64,000 bases of DNA from Gemmatimonadaceae bacterium (GTDB taxonomy: Bacteria; Gemmatimonadota; Gemmatimonadetes; Gemmatimonadales; Gemmatimonadaceae). The number at the start of each line of letters is the position of its first letter. The first letter of the stretch is position 1. The notes below the pieces were generated by a model that saw nothing but the letters and a program-made list of their open reading frames with translations, was not told the origin of the DNA and ran no database searches. Of the stretch, positions 21,534 through 31,543 are shown piece after piece. Position numbers and translations under genes: made by a program. Where the stretch lies: positions 32,001-96,000 of the forward strand of contig JBHYGA010000007.1 of the NCBI GenBank assembly GCA_051859245.1, given 5' to 3'.

Positions 21534-22493
21534 GTGGATAATCTGCCGACGGTGTCCGAGACACAGGCGCGTTTTGATATCGCCATTGTTGGCGGTGGTC
21601 CGGCGGGGCTCAGCGCCGGCGTGTGGAGCGCGCGATACGGGCACTCGGTCGTGGTGATTGATCGCGGGGACCCACGCAACTGGGAATCACGAGGTATCAA
21701 CGGTTACCTCGGGCTGCCGCAGGTGCTGCCGTCGGAGCTGCGCGCGCGCGGGCGGGATGAGTGCAGGAGTTACGGCGTTGTGTTGTTGGACGAACAGGTG
21801 CTGAACGCTTCAATCGACGGCGACGACGAGATCCGATTGGAACTCGGTACTGGTCGCACGCTGGTCGCGTCGAGATTACTCATTGCGGTGGGCATACGTG
21901 ACGTCTGGCCAACCGTGCCCGGACTGGAACAAGTGTACGGCGCGAATGCCCACGTCTGTCCCGACTGTGATGGTCACGAAGCGAGTGGGTTGCGCGTGGT
22001 GGTGATTGGCAGCGGCAAGCGTGCGGTGTCAATGGCGCTGGCTCTCACGACCTGGACCGAACACATCACGATTTGCACCCACGGCGAAGCGCCCGAGATC
22101 AACGAATCCGAACTCTGCGAAAAACTGGACGCGTGCAATATCTCGATTGTCACTGAGCGAATCGTTGAGCTCGGGCGCAATGGCGAGCATATCAACAGCG
22201 TCACTCTCGCCAATGGCGCGCGGATCGAGACGGACAAGATATTCTTCACGTTGGCACAGCATCCGGCAGATGACCTTGGCGTACAGCTCGGCTGCGAACG
22301 GGACAGTGGCGAACACATTCTGGTCAGCGAGCACGGTGCCACGTCTGTGTCTGGCGTGTTCGCCGCGGGTGATATTACGCCCGGTCCGCAGCTCGCGGTG
22401 CGCGCCGCGTGTGCAGGCGCGATCGCGGCCATGGCCATGCACCGGTCGTTGCTGCCGGAACATCGTACGCTGGCCACCAGCCCCCGATCGTGA
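21534..22493 (+). CDS. Thioredoxin-reductase-like NAD(P)/FAD oxidoreductase
   Basis: IVGGGPAGLSA, HVCPDCDG CxxC, TSVSGVFAAGD. Confidence 0.9.
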   Translation: MDNLPTVSETQARFDIAIVGGGPAGLSAGVWSARYGHSVVVIDRGDPRNWESRGINGYLGLPQVLPSELRARGRDECRSYGVVLLDEQVLNASIDGDDEIRLELGTGRTLVASRLLIAVGIRDVWPTVPGLEQVYGANAHVCPDCDGHEASGLRVVVIGSGKRAVSMALALTTWTEHITICTHGEAPEINESELCEKLDACNISIVTERIVELGRNGEHINSVTLANGARIETDKIFFTLAQHPADDLGVQLGCERDSGEHILVSEHGATSVSGVFAAGDITPGPQLAVRAACAGAIAAMAMHRSLLPEHRTLATSPRS

Positions 22494-22518
22494 CCGGACG
22501 CCGGGTGCAGGTAAGTTC

Positions 22519-23919
22519 GTGAGTGCATCCGGCGTGCACTCGTGGAGGGACACGTGGGCTGATCTTCGGCGCTCCGTGAGCGATTTTCTGGTCGTGCCAT
22601 CCGCCACCATTTTGGTGTGCGTGTTGTTGGCATGGGCCACGCACCAGCTGGACGGCTCGCGTGGCGCGACCATGCGTACGGTGCGGGACGTGCTTTCCGC
22701 GCGATTGTTCACGAGCGAAGGCGCAATCGATACGCTTTTGTCGACGCTCGCTGGTGGTATGATCACACTGACGTCGATCACCTTCTCCATGTTGTTGCTG
22801 GCCGTACAACAGTCTGCGGGATCGCTCACCACACAGGTGCTTGATCAGTTCATACGGCGCCGTCTCAACCAGTTCTACTTCGGTGTTTTCGTAGGTGTCT
22901 CCCTCCACGTGTTGGTGGTGATGGCCACGCTGGAGTCAGATCCTGCGCCGGTGTTCAGTGCGCTGATGGCGCTGATTCTCACCTGCGCATCGTTGGTTAC
23001 GCTGATTTTCTTGCAGTACACCACGGTGAATCAGATGCGGGCCAATCGCATTGTTGAGGCGATCCACGATCTGGCGCTGGATTCACGCGAACGGCAACAC
23101 CGACTACTCTCCCGCACGCGAAGGGTTTCGCAGCTGCAGAGCGCGCCAGTCTCTCACCGTGTGCTGTCAAACAACAACGGGTACATGGCCAATCTGCACC
23201 TCGATCGCCTGGCCGAAGTGCTCGGTGAAGCTGACGGCAGTGAAGTTGAGCTGCATGTATCGATTGGCGACTACGTGTGCTTCCAAGACGTCATAGCTGA
23301 GGTCCGCACCACCAGCGCCGCGCGTGCTCAGGACATCGGACACGCGGTGCTGCATGCCGTCGATCTTGAACGCCAGCGCAACATGCATCTCGATCCCGGA
23401 TACGGCGTGACGCAGCTTGGCACCATCGGCTGGACCGCGACATCAACGGCCAAATCCAATCCGTCTCCGGCGCTCGCGTGTTTGCGCAACCTCAGGGATC
23501 TGACGGCCCGTTGGTCGCGTGATCCCGCGCCCGCACCAGCTACTGATCGTGTACCAGTCGTGTATCGCGACGATTTGCTCAGTAGTGTGATTGATGCATT
23601 TGAGTCGATCGGCGTTGCGGCGTCCGAGTCGATGCAGCACCGCTGCTGCGCGGAAGTGTTGTACGCGTTCTCCAGTACCTTTGCTCAGCTTCCTGTTGCT
23701 CTGCAGTCGCGCGCGGAGGACGCGGTGCGGCGCACGCTGACTGCCCTCGGCGACCATGTGCCTACCGCAGACGTGGACCACGCACTGCGCGAACTGGGTC
23801 TTGTACTTGAGCGGGAAGGACGCACGCACGCCGCGGGAGAAGTGCGCACCGCACACGCAAGACTGACCGCAACAGTGGGAACGCTGCATTCGCGTTCCAC
23901 GCGAGTCACTCGAGATTGA
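22519..23919 (+). CDS. DUF2254-family membrane protein
   Basis: LSTLAGGMITLTSITFSMLLLAVQQSAG, GYMANL, GDYV, R...DPGYGVTQL; real start probably GTG 22519, not 22006. Confidence 0.8.
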   Translation: MSASGVHSWRDTWADLRRSVSDFLVVPSATILVCVLLAWATHQLDGSRGATMRTVRDVLSARLFTSEGAIDTLLSTLAGGMITLTSITFSMLLLAVQQSAGSLTTQVLDQFIRRRLNQFYFGVFVGVSLHVLVVMATLESDPAPVFSALMALILTCASLVTLIFLQYTTVNQMRANRIVEAIHDLALDSRERQHRLLSRTRRVSQLQSAPVSHRVLSNNNGYMANLHLDRLAEVLGEADGSEVELHVSIGDYVCFQDVIAEVRTTSAARAQDIGHAVLHAVDLERQRNMHLDPGYGVTQLGTIGWTATSTAKSNPSPALACLRNLRDLTARWSRDPAPAPATDRVPVVYRDDLLSSVIDAFESIGVAASESMQHRCCAEVLYAFSSTFAQLPVALQSRAEDAVRRTLTALGDHVPTADVDHALRELGLVLEREGRTHAAGEVRTAHARLTATVGTLHSRSTRVTRD

Positions 23920-24083
23920 TGGTGCGCAGTGCATCGAAGTGCCACACAGATCGCAGCGTGACCAATGTCACGTTACGGATGAGGCTGGTTCCGACAGCCG
24001 CCTCTGGCACGCAACGCACGATCGGCGTAACGTAGAGGAACCGCAGCGGATTCGAGGCTCACCACTCTCAGCGCGAGGAAGCG

Positions 24084-24740
24084 ATGAGTGAACTCAACAG
24101 CGTTTCACCGACCGCCCCACGCATTCGCATTTTGATCGTTGACGACCACGCGATTCTGCGGGAAGGTCTGGCGGCACTTCTGACACAGAATGGCATGGAT
24201 GTCGTTGGGCAATCCGGCGACGGCGAAAGTGCGATCGCGATGCTTGATGCGTGCCAGCCTGATGTGTGCATTGCCGATGTGCGCATGTCGCCAATGGACG
24301 GAACCGACGTCACGCGCGCGATTCGCGAACGTCGCCCTGAGTGCAAGGTACTCGTACTCAGTGCCTATGACACCGACGAGGATGTGTTTCGCGCGCTGCA
24401 GGCAGGAGCGTCAAGCTATCTGCTTAAGGACACGCCGTCTGCCGAGCTCGTGCAAACAATTCGCGATGTGCACGCAGGGCATAAAGTATTTAATGCCGAC
24501 GTCGCGTCACGACTGGCCGAACATGTCGCCAGCCCGAGTCTGACACCGCGCCAGCAGGAGGTGCTGGTATGTCTCGCGCGTGGCAAGTCCAATCAGGAAG
24601 TTGCATCGACGCTGTTCATCAGTGAAGGAACGGTCAAAGCGCACGTCAAAGCCATTCTCGCCAAGCTGGATGCGCGCGATCGCACGCAGGCGATTATCAC
24701 GGCGATGCGAAGAGGCCTGCTGCGAGAAACAGTCGGGTAA
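24084..24740 (+). CDS. NarL/LuxR-family response regulator
   Basis: VDDHAILREG, IADVRM, YLLK, LTPRQQEVL...TVKAHVKAILAKL; GAGGA RBS. Confidence 0.95.
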   Translation: MSELNSVSPTAPRIRILIVDDHAILREGLAALLTQNGMDVVGQSGDGESAIAMLDACQPDVCIADVRMSPMDGTDVTRAIRERRPECKVLVLSAYDTDEDVFRALQAGASSYLLKDTPSAELVQTIRDVHAGHKVFNADVASRLAEHVASPSLTPRQQEVLVCLARGKSNQEVASTLFISEGTVKAHVKAILAKLDARDRTQAIITAMRRGLLRETVG

Positions 24741-25954
24741 TGCACGTCGCGTCCACTGATCAGCTTTGTGGGAACGCCGCTTACAGATACGGTACGCGCA
24801 GGGCGGGGAACCATGCGCCCCCTCGACCTCAGCACACCGACTCGTGAAATGTTTGGGCAACGAGTTCGCGTCGATCAACTCGGCGATGCGGCGCGTCGGC
24901 TGATGCCGGTGAATGTGCGTGAGGTGGTGCTGGTACCATGGAATATTGGCGGTGACTGTCAGCCCATACCCTGGAGTGCGAGCGCGAGATGGTTGTCGGA
25001 AGCCAGAGCTGGACTCTTCCGGGCAACGTTGCGTGAGCCGGAGTTCTGGGCGAGCGGTTTGCCTACCTTCGACATTGTCACCACACGCGAACAGCCGTAT
25101 CAGGAAAACGCAGTGGTACCTCGGCAAATGCCACGCTTGAGTACCAGCGCCTTGCTCCGCTTCTACGACATGCTGCCAAATAATGGCGAAGATCGGATTC
25201 CGTTGCGGCCCTGGAGTTTGTGAAGCGCGTGCGGGCAGACTCGGTGCTGCGGTCGAGTTTCCCGTCGAACACGTTCCTGTCGTACGCGCGAAACGATATC
25301 AATAACGCGCGTTTGCGCGGCGTACGCGTGCCAATCGGCGGCACGTATCGCATGGAAGTGATCCTCGATGGCGAGCCGCGCGTGTTCTACATGCGCGTTG
25401 CATCGAGTGTACGGTCATTACAACTCTGGGCTCGCGGCGTGCTGGATACGGCGTTGACTCCGCGCGAACCGGAGGGCTACTACGTGCAGGCCGCAGCGGC
25501 ACCCTCAGTCGCGCAGCTGGCGTCGTCGTGCGAGAGCCGTACTCCGTTGGAATCGCGCAGCGTGGTGGCGTACGTAGATCTCGATTGGCATGGAGCTGGT
25601 TCAGCCGATACGTCGCGCGAGTGGAGAGGCGGTCTCGACCCGCGATTGCTCGAGAGTGTGCTGAGTGCGGAAGAACGTTCGGCATGGAGACAGCGTCAAC
25701 GTGACGGCGCCATGCTTCGCGTACAGCAGATGCGCGCACAGGCGGACTCACTGCGCCGTGCGGCATCTTCAGCAACTGCGGTGAATGCCGAAGCCACACG
25801 ACAGCCGTTCGTCTTCATTCCACAACGTCCACTGCGTGTGTGGCATGATGCGGCCGGCACGTTGCGGATCGACGGTGTCATGCAAATCGATCAGCTCGGC
25901 GCGATCAGCTATCGCGGTGAACGATTGTCGCTGGACGCGCTGCCGTGTTCGTAA
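24741..25954 (+). pseudogene. Hypothetical gene, probably 5'-truncated and frameshifted (ORFs 24768-25223 and 25220-25954)
   Basis: No RBS for either ORF; second frame open from 25184, overlapping the end of the first; could instead be two coupled genes (GTGA overlap). Confidence 0.45.
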
Positions 25955-25972
25955 CGATGCTCGTTAACCGTA

Positions 25973-26737
25973 TCAACTGCCGCTAGCACGATCGCGTGCG
26001 ACACCGTGCGCCCGGACCAGCAGTGTGAGCAACACGAACATCGAAACCCACACGGTGGTTGCTGGCTCCGGAACTTCCACGGCATCACCGACCGCTCGAA
26101 TGTTGTCGATGCCGAGCGAGGCGAGTGTTGACTCCCCTGGAAACGTCGCCGTCGTGCTGTGATAAATTCGCGCAACGGTCGCGTTGGTCAGCGCCCCTTC
26201 CACTGTTCCCATTACGGGCGTCAAGCCGCCGGCGCCAAAGAGCGGGAGCACGATGGATTGCCAGCCTCCCCCAGCGAACAGCGTCGCGGCGGCCGATGAC
26301 ACCGCAATATTTGTCGGCGGTGACATGTTCGGATCTTCGAGCAGGAAGCGCAGCGCAATGTCTGTCTGACCGAGATTGATCGCGTCAAACTGAATATGCG
26401 TGATGCCCGCGTCGAGATAGTTGCCGCCCCAGCTCATGGGGTTGATCGCAACAAGCCGACTTCCTGCTCCGCTCCCGCCGAGAGACGTGAGTCGCAGGTA
26501 GTTGTCGTTCGCTCCGGTCGGACCACCAGACGACACATTTGTTGGCAGCACTTCAGGCGGCAGACCGCCGTTGCCGAGCAAGTTGGTGATCCACCCCTGC
26601 GTCGAACCGTCTTCAAAATCATTGATGAACCCGGCGGTGATTTGCGCTGTCGCCGCTACCGGCGTGTGCGCGATCAACAGCAGACCGGTCACAACTTGAA
26701 GAACCAAGGCGGTTAACACGCGCCGCGTCGCAAACAT
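25973..26737 (-). CDS. PEP-CTERM-type secreted protein
   Basis: AGGAGG RBS, signal peptide, C-terminal VPEP followed by TM helix; weakly basic tail. Confidence 0.8.
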   Translation of the reverse strand: MFATRRVLTALVLQVVTGLLLIAHTPVAATAQITAGFINDFEDGSTQGWITNLLGNGGLPPEVLPTNVSSGGPTGANDNYLRLTSLGGSGAGSRLVAINPMSWGGNYLDAGITHIQFDAINLGQTDIALRFLLEDPNMSPPTNIAVSSAAATLFAGGGWQSIVLPLFGAGGLTPVMGTVEGALTNATVARIYHSTTATFPGESTLASLGIDNIRAVGDAVEVPEPATTVWVSMFVLLTLLVRAHGVARDRASGS

Positions 26738-26850
26738 GTGGCACCCTCCTGAAGTGAGAGTCCGTCCAAACGGGGCGGAAAAACGTAACGCACGCCGAGG
26801 TGCTTGGTCAGAGCCGACTTTTGGGGGCATCGGCTTGCGCTCAGGACGAA

Positions 26851-26892
26851 TTGACTATATGGTTAATCCATAAAGATTAATCATTTGGTTAA
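26851..26892 (+). promoter_or_regulatory. Promoter with tandem TetR-type operators
   Basis: Two 16-bp near-palindromes TTGACTATATGGTTAA (26851-26866, contains TTGACT -35) and TTAATCATTTGGTTAA (26877-26892) upstream of tetR. Confidence 0.7.
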
Positions 26893-26962
26893 CACTCCAT
26901 CGGTCGATTGCCGAGTGCACCCGAAATCACCGTTTGCCGCGTCCCTCGACGACATACCGTCC

Positions 26963-27583
26963 ATGCGCGATGCGTCGACCACGGACCTCGAAACCCGCGA
27001 GCGCATCCTCGCCGCTGCGCATCGCGTCTTCCTGCGCTCCGGGACGGCCAAGGCACGCACGCAGGAAATCGCGAACGAAGCCGGCGTGAACAAGGCGCTG
27101 CTTCACTACTACTTCGGCACCAAAGCGGCTCTCGCGGACGCGGTCTTCAAGCATCACTTGATGAGCTTTATGCCGCGCATCTTCGGACTGCTTGGCGATC
27201 CGCAACTGGAGATCCCCGACAAGGTGCGCGCCATCGTGCGCGAACAGATCGAGTTCCACCGTGCACGACCGTATCTCGCCGGCTTTCTGGCAGCGGAGTT
27301 TCACGCCGAGCCGGAGCGCATGTCGGCCATGATGGCGCCTGTTGGCGCGCCGCCGCTGCATGTGCTGGCGATGCAGCTTGCACGGGCCGCCGACGCCGGC
27401 ACGATGCGAAGAATCTCCGTTGAGCAGTTTGTCATTACGCTCATTGGTGCGATCGTGCTGCCCTTCGTACTGCGACCGCTCGTGACCAACCTGTTGGGGT
27501 TGCAGGAGGATCGCTTCGACGCGTTTCTCGACGAACGCACCGTGGTGTTGCCGGACTTTATCCTCGCGGGGCTACGGCCATGA
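26963..27583 (+). CDS. TetR/AcrR-family regulator
   Basis: RERILAAA..VF...IANEAGVNKALLHYYFGTK HTH. Confidence 0.95.
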   Translation: MRDASTTDLETRERILAAAHRVFLRSGTAKARTQEIANEAGVNKALLHYYFGTKAALADAVFKHHLMSFMPRIFGLLGDPQLEIPDKVRAIVREQIEFHRARPYLAGFLAAEFHAEPERMSAMMAPVGAPPLHVLAMQLARAADAGTMRRISVEQFVITLIGAIVLPFVLRPLVTNLLGLQEDRFDAFLDERTVVLPDFILAGLRP

Positions 27584-28908
27584 CACGCGAGCTGACATAC
27601 AGCGCGGAAGCGCCGAACGTTGCATTGTACCGTCGCGCAGCCCGGTTTGTGCTGGCGGTCTTGTTCGTACTTCCGAGCCTTGCAGTTCGGGCGCAAGACA
27701 CCGTCTCCTTGCAACAACTGTACGTCGACGCCATGTCGCGCGATGCGCGCAGTCAGACGACGGCTTTGCTTCGCTCATCGTTTGCCTTGCGTGATCGCGT
27801 GCTTGCCACGGATCGCTTCGCGCAACCGCAACTCAATGCGCAGACGACGCACCAGTCAGATGTCACCGAAGTGCCGATTCGCATTCCCGGCTCGAACATT
27901 CCCACGCCGCCCTATACGCGCTACCAGCTCACACTCGATCTCGACCAACCGCTGTACGATGCCGGGGCTGTAGCAGCACGGCGCGCAATCGAACGCGGAC
28001 GTCTGGGGGAAGCGGAGTCCGATGTCGCGTTACAACTCTACAGGTTGCGCTTCGACGTGAACGCGGCGCTGTTCTCGGCACTGCTGCAGCAGGAACAACT
28101 CGACGCGATCGATGCTACACGAACCGTGGTTGACGAACGCATGCGTGAGGCCACGGCGCGCGTGAAAGAAGGCAGCGCGCTCGCTCGCGATACGAACACT
28201 ATTCGCGCCGAGCTATTGCGACTGGAGGAGGCGCGCGCCGAGGTCATCGCTCGTCATCGAAGCGCCCTGCGTGTGCTCTCCAGCTTGACGGGGCGCTCGT
28301 TCGATCCGGCAGTCCGTCTGGCCGCGCCGATCGTGCGCGCGGGACCAGCGGTTATGACAACGCAGCGACCGGAGTACGCTCGGTTCGACGCAACACGCAA
28401 TCGACTGGAGCTCGAAGCGCGCGCTGCCGCAGTGGACGCCCGCCCGCGGATCAGTGCGTTTGTGCAAGCAGGTGTTGGTCAACCCGGACTCAATCAACTA
28501 CGTCCCGACACCGACGCGTTCTACCTCGCAGGCGTTCGCGCAACATGGCGTCCGCTGGCGCGGCATGACGCTGGGCGGCGCGCCGAACAGGCCCGCGTGC
28601 AACAACGCATCACCGATCTCGAAGAACGCGCGTTCAGTGAGTCTTTGGAGCGCGGCACGTACGCCGATCGCGAAGAGATATCCTCACTGGAAGCAGCGCT
28701 CGTGCGAGACGCCCTGCTGGTCCGCGTGCGCGAAGACATTGAGCGAGTGGCTCGGCTCGAGTTTGAAGAAGGCGCGGTCACTGCGGCCGTCTGGGTGGCC
28801 GCACAGAGCGATTTGCTGTCCGCACAAATCGCTGCACGTCGGCACAATGTCGAACTCGCGTACGCGCGCGTTCGACTTCTTACCACACTTGGCGCACCAC
28901 TTCCATGA
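27580..28908 (+). CDS. TolC-family outer-membrane efflux protein
   Basis: Signal peptide, LDQPLYDAG motif, two helical repeats, operon context. Confidence 0.88.
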   Translation: MTRELTYSAEAPNVALYRRAARFVLAVLFVLPSLAVRAQDTVSLQQLYVDAMSRDARSQTTALLRSSFALRDRVLATDRFAQPQLNAQTTHQSDVTEVPIRIPGSNIPTPPYTRYQLTLDLDQPLYDAGAVAARRAIERGRLGEAESDVALQLYRLRFDVNAALFSALLQQEQLDAIDATRTVVDERMREATARVKEGSALARDTNTIRAELLRLEEARAEVIARHRSALRVLSSLTGRSFDPAVRLAAPIVRAGPAVMTTQRPEYARFDATRNRLELEARAAAVDARPRISAFVQAGVGQPGLNQLRPDTDAFYLAGVRATWRPLARHDAGRRAEQARVQQRITDLEERAFSESLERGTYADREEISSLEAALVRDALLVRVREDIERVARLEFEEGAVTAAVWVAAQSDLLSAQIAARRHNVELAYARVRLLTTLGAPLP

Positions 28909-29837
28909 ATCCCTTGTTGAATCCAGCGCCGCGCCTGATTCTGCTCGCTGTTCTTGCTGCACTCACGGCGTGCGGTGAACCGCCGGCCGACGCGAACGGT
29001 CGCTTTGAATCCACAGAAATCACGGTCAGCAGTGAAACAAGCGGCCCATTGCTCGCGCTCACCGTGCGAGACGGCGATCAGCTAACGGCCGGCGACGTGG
29101 TTGGCGTGATCGATACCGCTCTGCTGGTGCAGTCACGCGATGAGCTTGCGGCGCGAGATCTGGTGATTGCGGCTCGTGGAGACGAAATCGATGCGCAGAC
29201 AAACGTACTGCGCACACAACAGGCGCTGGCAACGCGAGAGCTTGCCCGACTGGAACGACTCGCTGCCGCTGGCGCGGCCACGGCGCAGCAACTTGATCGC
29301 GCTCAGCGCGATGCGGCAACCTACGGTGATCAAATTCTGGCGGCCGGAGCCTCTCGGCGGGCACTCAGCGCCGAACGCAACGCGCTGGCCGCGCAGAATG
29401 CGCTGCTCGTCGAGCGGTTACGGCGTACGCAGGTGATCAGTCCGATCAGTGGCGTGGTGCTCATGCGCTACGTCGAAGCCGGCGAACTGGTGCAGCCTGG
29501 CACTCCGCTCTTCAAGATTGCAGCGCTCGACTCGCTCACACTTCGTGCGTACGTGAGTGACGCGCAGCTTCGAAACGTCAGTGTCGGTCAACTGGCAACC
29601 GTGCAGGTAGACGAGGCGGGCGGTGGGTTTCTGCAGTTGCCCGCCCGGATCACATGGATTGCCAACGCCGCCGAGTTCACGCCAACTCCAATTCAGACAC
29701 GAGAAGAACGGGTGGCGCAGGTGTACGCCTTGACCGCTGTCGTGGCCAATCCGAACGGTCGTCTTCGAATCGGCATGCCGGGCGAACTGCTGTTCACGCC
29801 TCCGGCAACGGCCTCAAACGCTCCAGCGAAAGACTGA
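28905..29837 (+). CDS. HlyD-family periplasmic adaptor (YbhG-like lipoprotein)
   Basis: Lipobox LTAC, lipoyl halves, SPISGVV..GELV, AEFTPTPIQTREER, IGMPGE. Confidence 0.92.
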   Translation: MNPLLNPAPRLILLAVLAALTACGEPPADANGRFESTEITVSSETSGPLLALTVRDGDQLTAGDVVGVIDTALLVQSRDELAARDLVIAARGDEIDAQTNVLRTQQALATRELARLERLAAAGAATAQQLDRAQRDAATYGDQILAAGASRRALSAERNALAAQNALLVERLRRTQVISPISGVVLMRYVEAGELVQPGTPLFKIAALDSLTLRAYVSDAQLRNVSVGQLATVQVDEAGGGFLQLPARITWIANAAEFTPTPIQTREERVAQVYALTAVVANPNGRLRIGMPGELLFTPPATASNAPAKD

Positions 29838-29840
29838 GTC

Positions 29841-30797
29841 ATGAGCAGCGAATCGGACGTTGTCGTACACGAGGTCAGCAAACGATTCGGAACGGTTGCC
29901 GCGCTTGATTCGGTGTCATTTCGCACGGGAAATGGCGAACTGTTTGGCCTGATTGGACCGGACGGCGCTGGCAAGACTACGCTGCTTCGTGTGCTCACCA
30001 CGCTTATTGTGCCCGATCGCGGCGCGGCACGTGTGCTGGGCTATGATACGGTCACCGACTATCGCGCACTGCGCCAGCGATTGGGCTACATGCCGGGGCG
30101 CTTCGCGTTGTACCCGGATCTTAGCGTATCAGAGAATCTCGAGTTCTACGCAACAGTGTTCGGTACCACGATCGCCAAGGGAATGCCCGTAATTGCTCCC
30201 GTGTGGACGCAGCTCGAACGATTCAGCGATCGGCGCGCGGGTGCACTGTCCGGCGGTATGAAGCAGAAGCTCGCCCTGTGTTGCGCGCTGGTGCACTCAC
30301 CCGATCTGCTCGTGCTCGACGAACCCACTACGGGCGTGGACGCCGTGTCACGCAACGAATTCTGGGATCTGCTCGGCCGGCTGCGTAACGGCGGGCTGTC
30401 GATCATTGTATCAACGCCCTACATGGATGAGGCTTCGCGCTGCGATCGTGTGGCGTTGATGCACAGCGGCACGCTACGGCGTATTGATACACCAGCGGCG
30501 CTCGCGGCCAGCTACGGCAAGCCACTGTTCGCTGTGCGCGGCAGCAATAAACTCGGAATGCTTGCGGCACTGCGTGCCTTTGCGCACGCAAGTTCGGCGT
30601 GGCCCTTTGGCGAGGTATTGCATTACACCGACCGGCGAACTGGGCTCGACCCACAAACGATCGCTGCCGAGTTGCACGAGCACCTGCAGCAGCTCGGCTT
30701 GTCGGACACGGTACTGACGCCGATTCCCGCGTCAATCGAAGACGTGTTCATGGCGCTTGAACCGGACGCCACATCAAGCGCTGGGATCGCAGCGTGA
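29841..30797 (+). CDS. ABC transporter ATP-binding protein (YbhF N-half-like)
   Basis: GPDGAGKTT, LSGGMKQK, LDEPTTGVD. Confidence 0.95.
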   Translation: MSSESDVVVHEVSKRFGTVAALDSVSFRTGNGELFGLIGPDGAGKTTLLRVLTTLIVPDRGAARVLGYDTVTDYRALRQRLGYMPGRFALYPDLSVSENLEFYATVFGTTIAKGMPVIAPVWTQLERFSDRRAGALSGGMKQKLALCCALVHSPDLLVLDEPTTGVDAVSRNEFWDLLGRLRNGGLSIIVSTPYMDEASRCDRVALMHSGTLRRIDTPAALAASYGKPLFAVRGSNKLGMLAALRAFAHASSAWPFGEVLHYTDRRTGLDPQTIAAELHEHLQQLGLSDTVLTPIPASIEDVFMALEPDATSSAGIAA

Positions 30798-31543
30798 CCT
30801 CGGCCCTCACCGAATCGCTTGCGATAGACGCGAGCGCATTGACCAGACGGTTTGGCGCTTTCACGGCCGTGGACGCGATCACGTTCAGCGTGAAGCGCGG
30901 AGAAGTGTTCGGATTTCTCGGAGCCAATGGTGCGGGTAAGACTACCGCCATGCGCATGCTGATCGGTCTGCTGTCGCCAAGCGAGGGCGGGGCGCTGGTT
31001 GCCGGAATAGATGTGGTGCGCGATCCCGAAGGTGTGCGGCGACGCATTGGATACATGAGTCAGCGTTTCTCGCTTTATGACGACCTGACGGTGCAGGAGA
31101 ACATCACGCTCTTTGGCACCATCTACGGCTTGAATGATCGTGCCATCCGTGAACGCGCTGATCTGCTCCTCGATCGCATCGGCTTACGTCACGCGCGCAA
31201 GGAGCTGGTACGGCGCATTCCGCTCGGCTGGCGTCAGCAGCTCGCGTTTTCTGTCGCGCTGCTTCATGAACCCCAGGTGCTGTTTCTTGATGAGCCCACG
31301 GGCGGTGTGGATCCCATCACGCGTCGTCGCTTCTGGGAACTGATCTATAGTACGGCCGCCGAAGGCACCACCGTGCTCGTGACCACGCACTACCTCGACG
31401 AAGCCGAGTACTGTGATCGCCTCACGATCATGGTAGACGGTGCGATTGCGGTGGCGGGCACGCCAAGCGACGTCAAGCGCACATACAACGCCTCGTCTCT
31501 CGACGATGTATTTCTCCGTCTGACGCGTCCGGCAGTGGTATGA
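30794..31543 (+). CDS. ABC transporter ATP-binding protein (YbhF C-half-like)
   Basis: GANGAGKTT, IPLGWRQQ variant signature, LDEPTGGVD, TTHY. Confidence 0.95.
   Translation: MTSALTESLAIDASALTRRFGAFTAVDAITFSVKRGEVFGFLGANGAGKTTAMRMLIGLLSPSEGGALVAGIDVVRDPEGVRRRIGYMSQRFSLYDDLTVQENITLFGTIYGLNDRAIRERADLLLDRIGLRHARKELVRRIPLGWRQQLAFSVALLHEPQVLFLDEPTGGVDPITRRRFWELIYSTAAEGTTVLVTTHYLDEAEYCDRLTIMVDGAIAVAGTPSDVKRTYNASSLDDVFLRLTRPAVV

Noticed and set aside
22006..22518. 171-codon N-terminal extension of the DUF2254 ORF overlapping the oxidoreductase
   Set aside because: Shadow open frame in high-GC DNA with no protein-like features; GTG 22519 is the more plausible start
29841..31543. YbhF-like ATPase present as two genes, the second with a non-canonical signature
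   Set aside because: Both halves are complete and coupled by a GTGA overlap. The PLG-type signature is normal for this subfamily, so this is not a frameshift.
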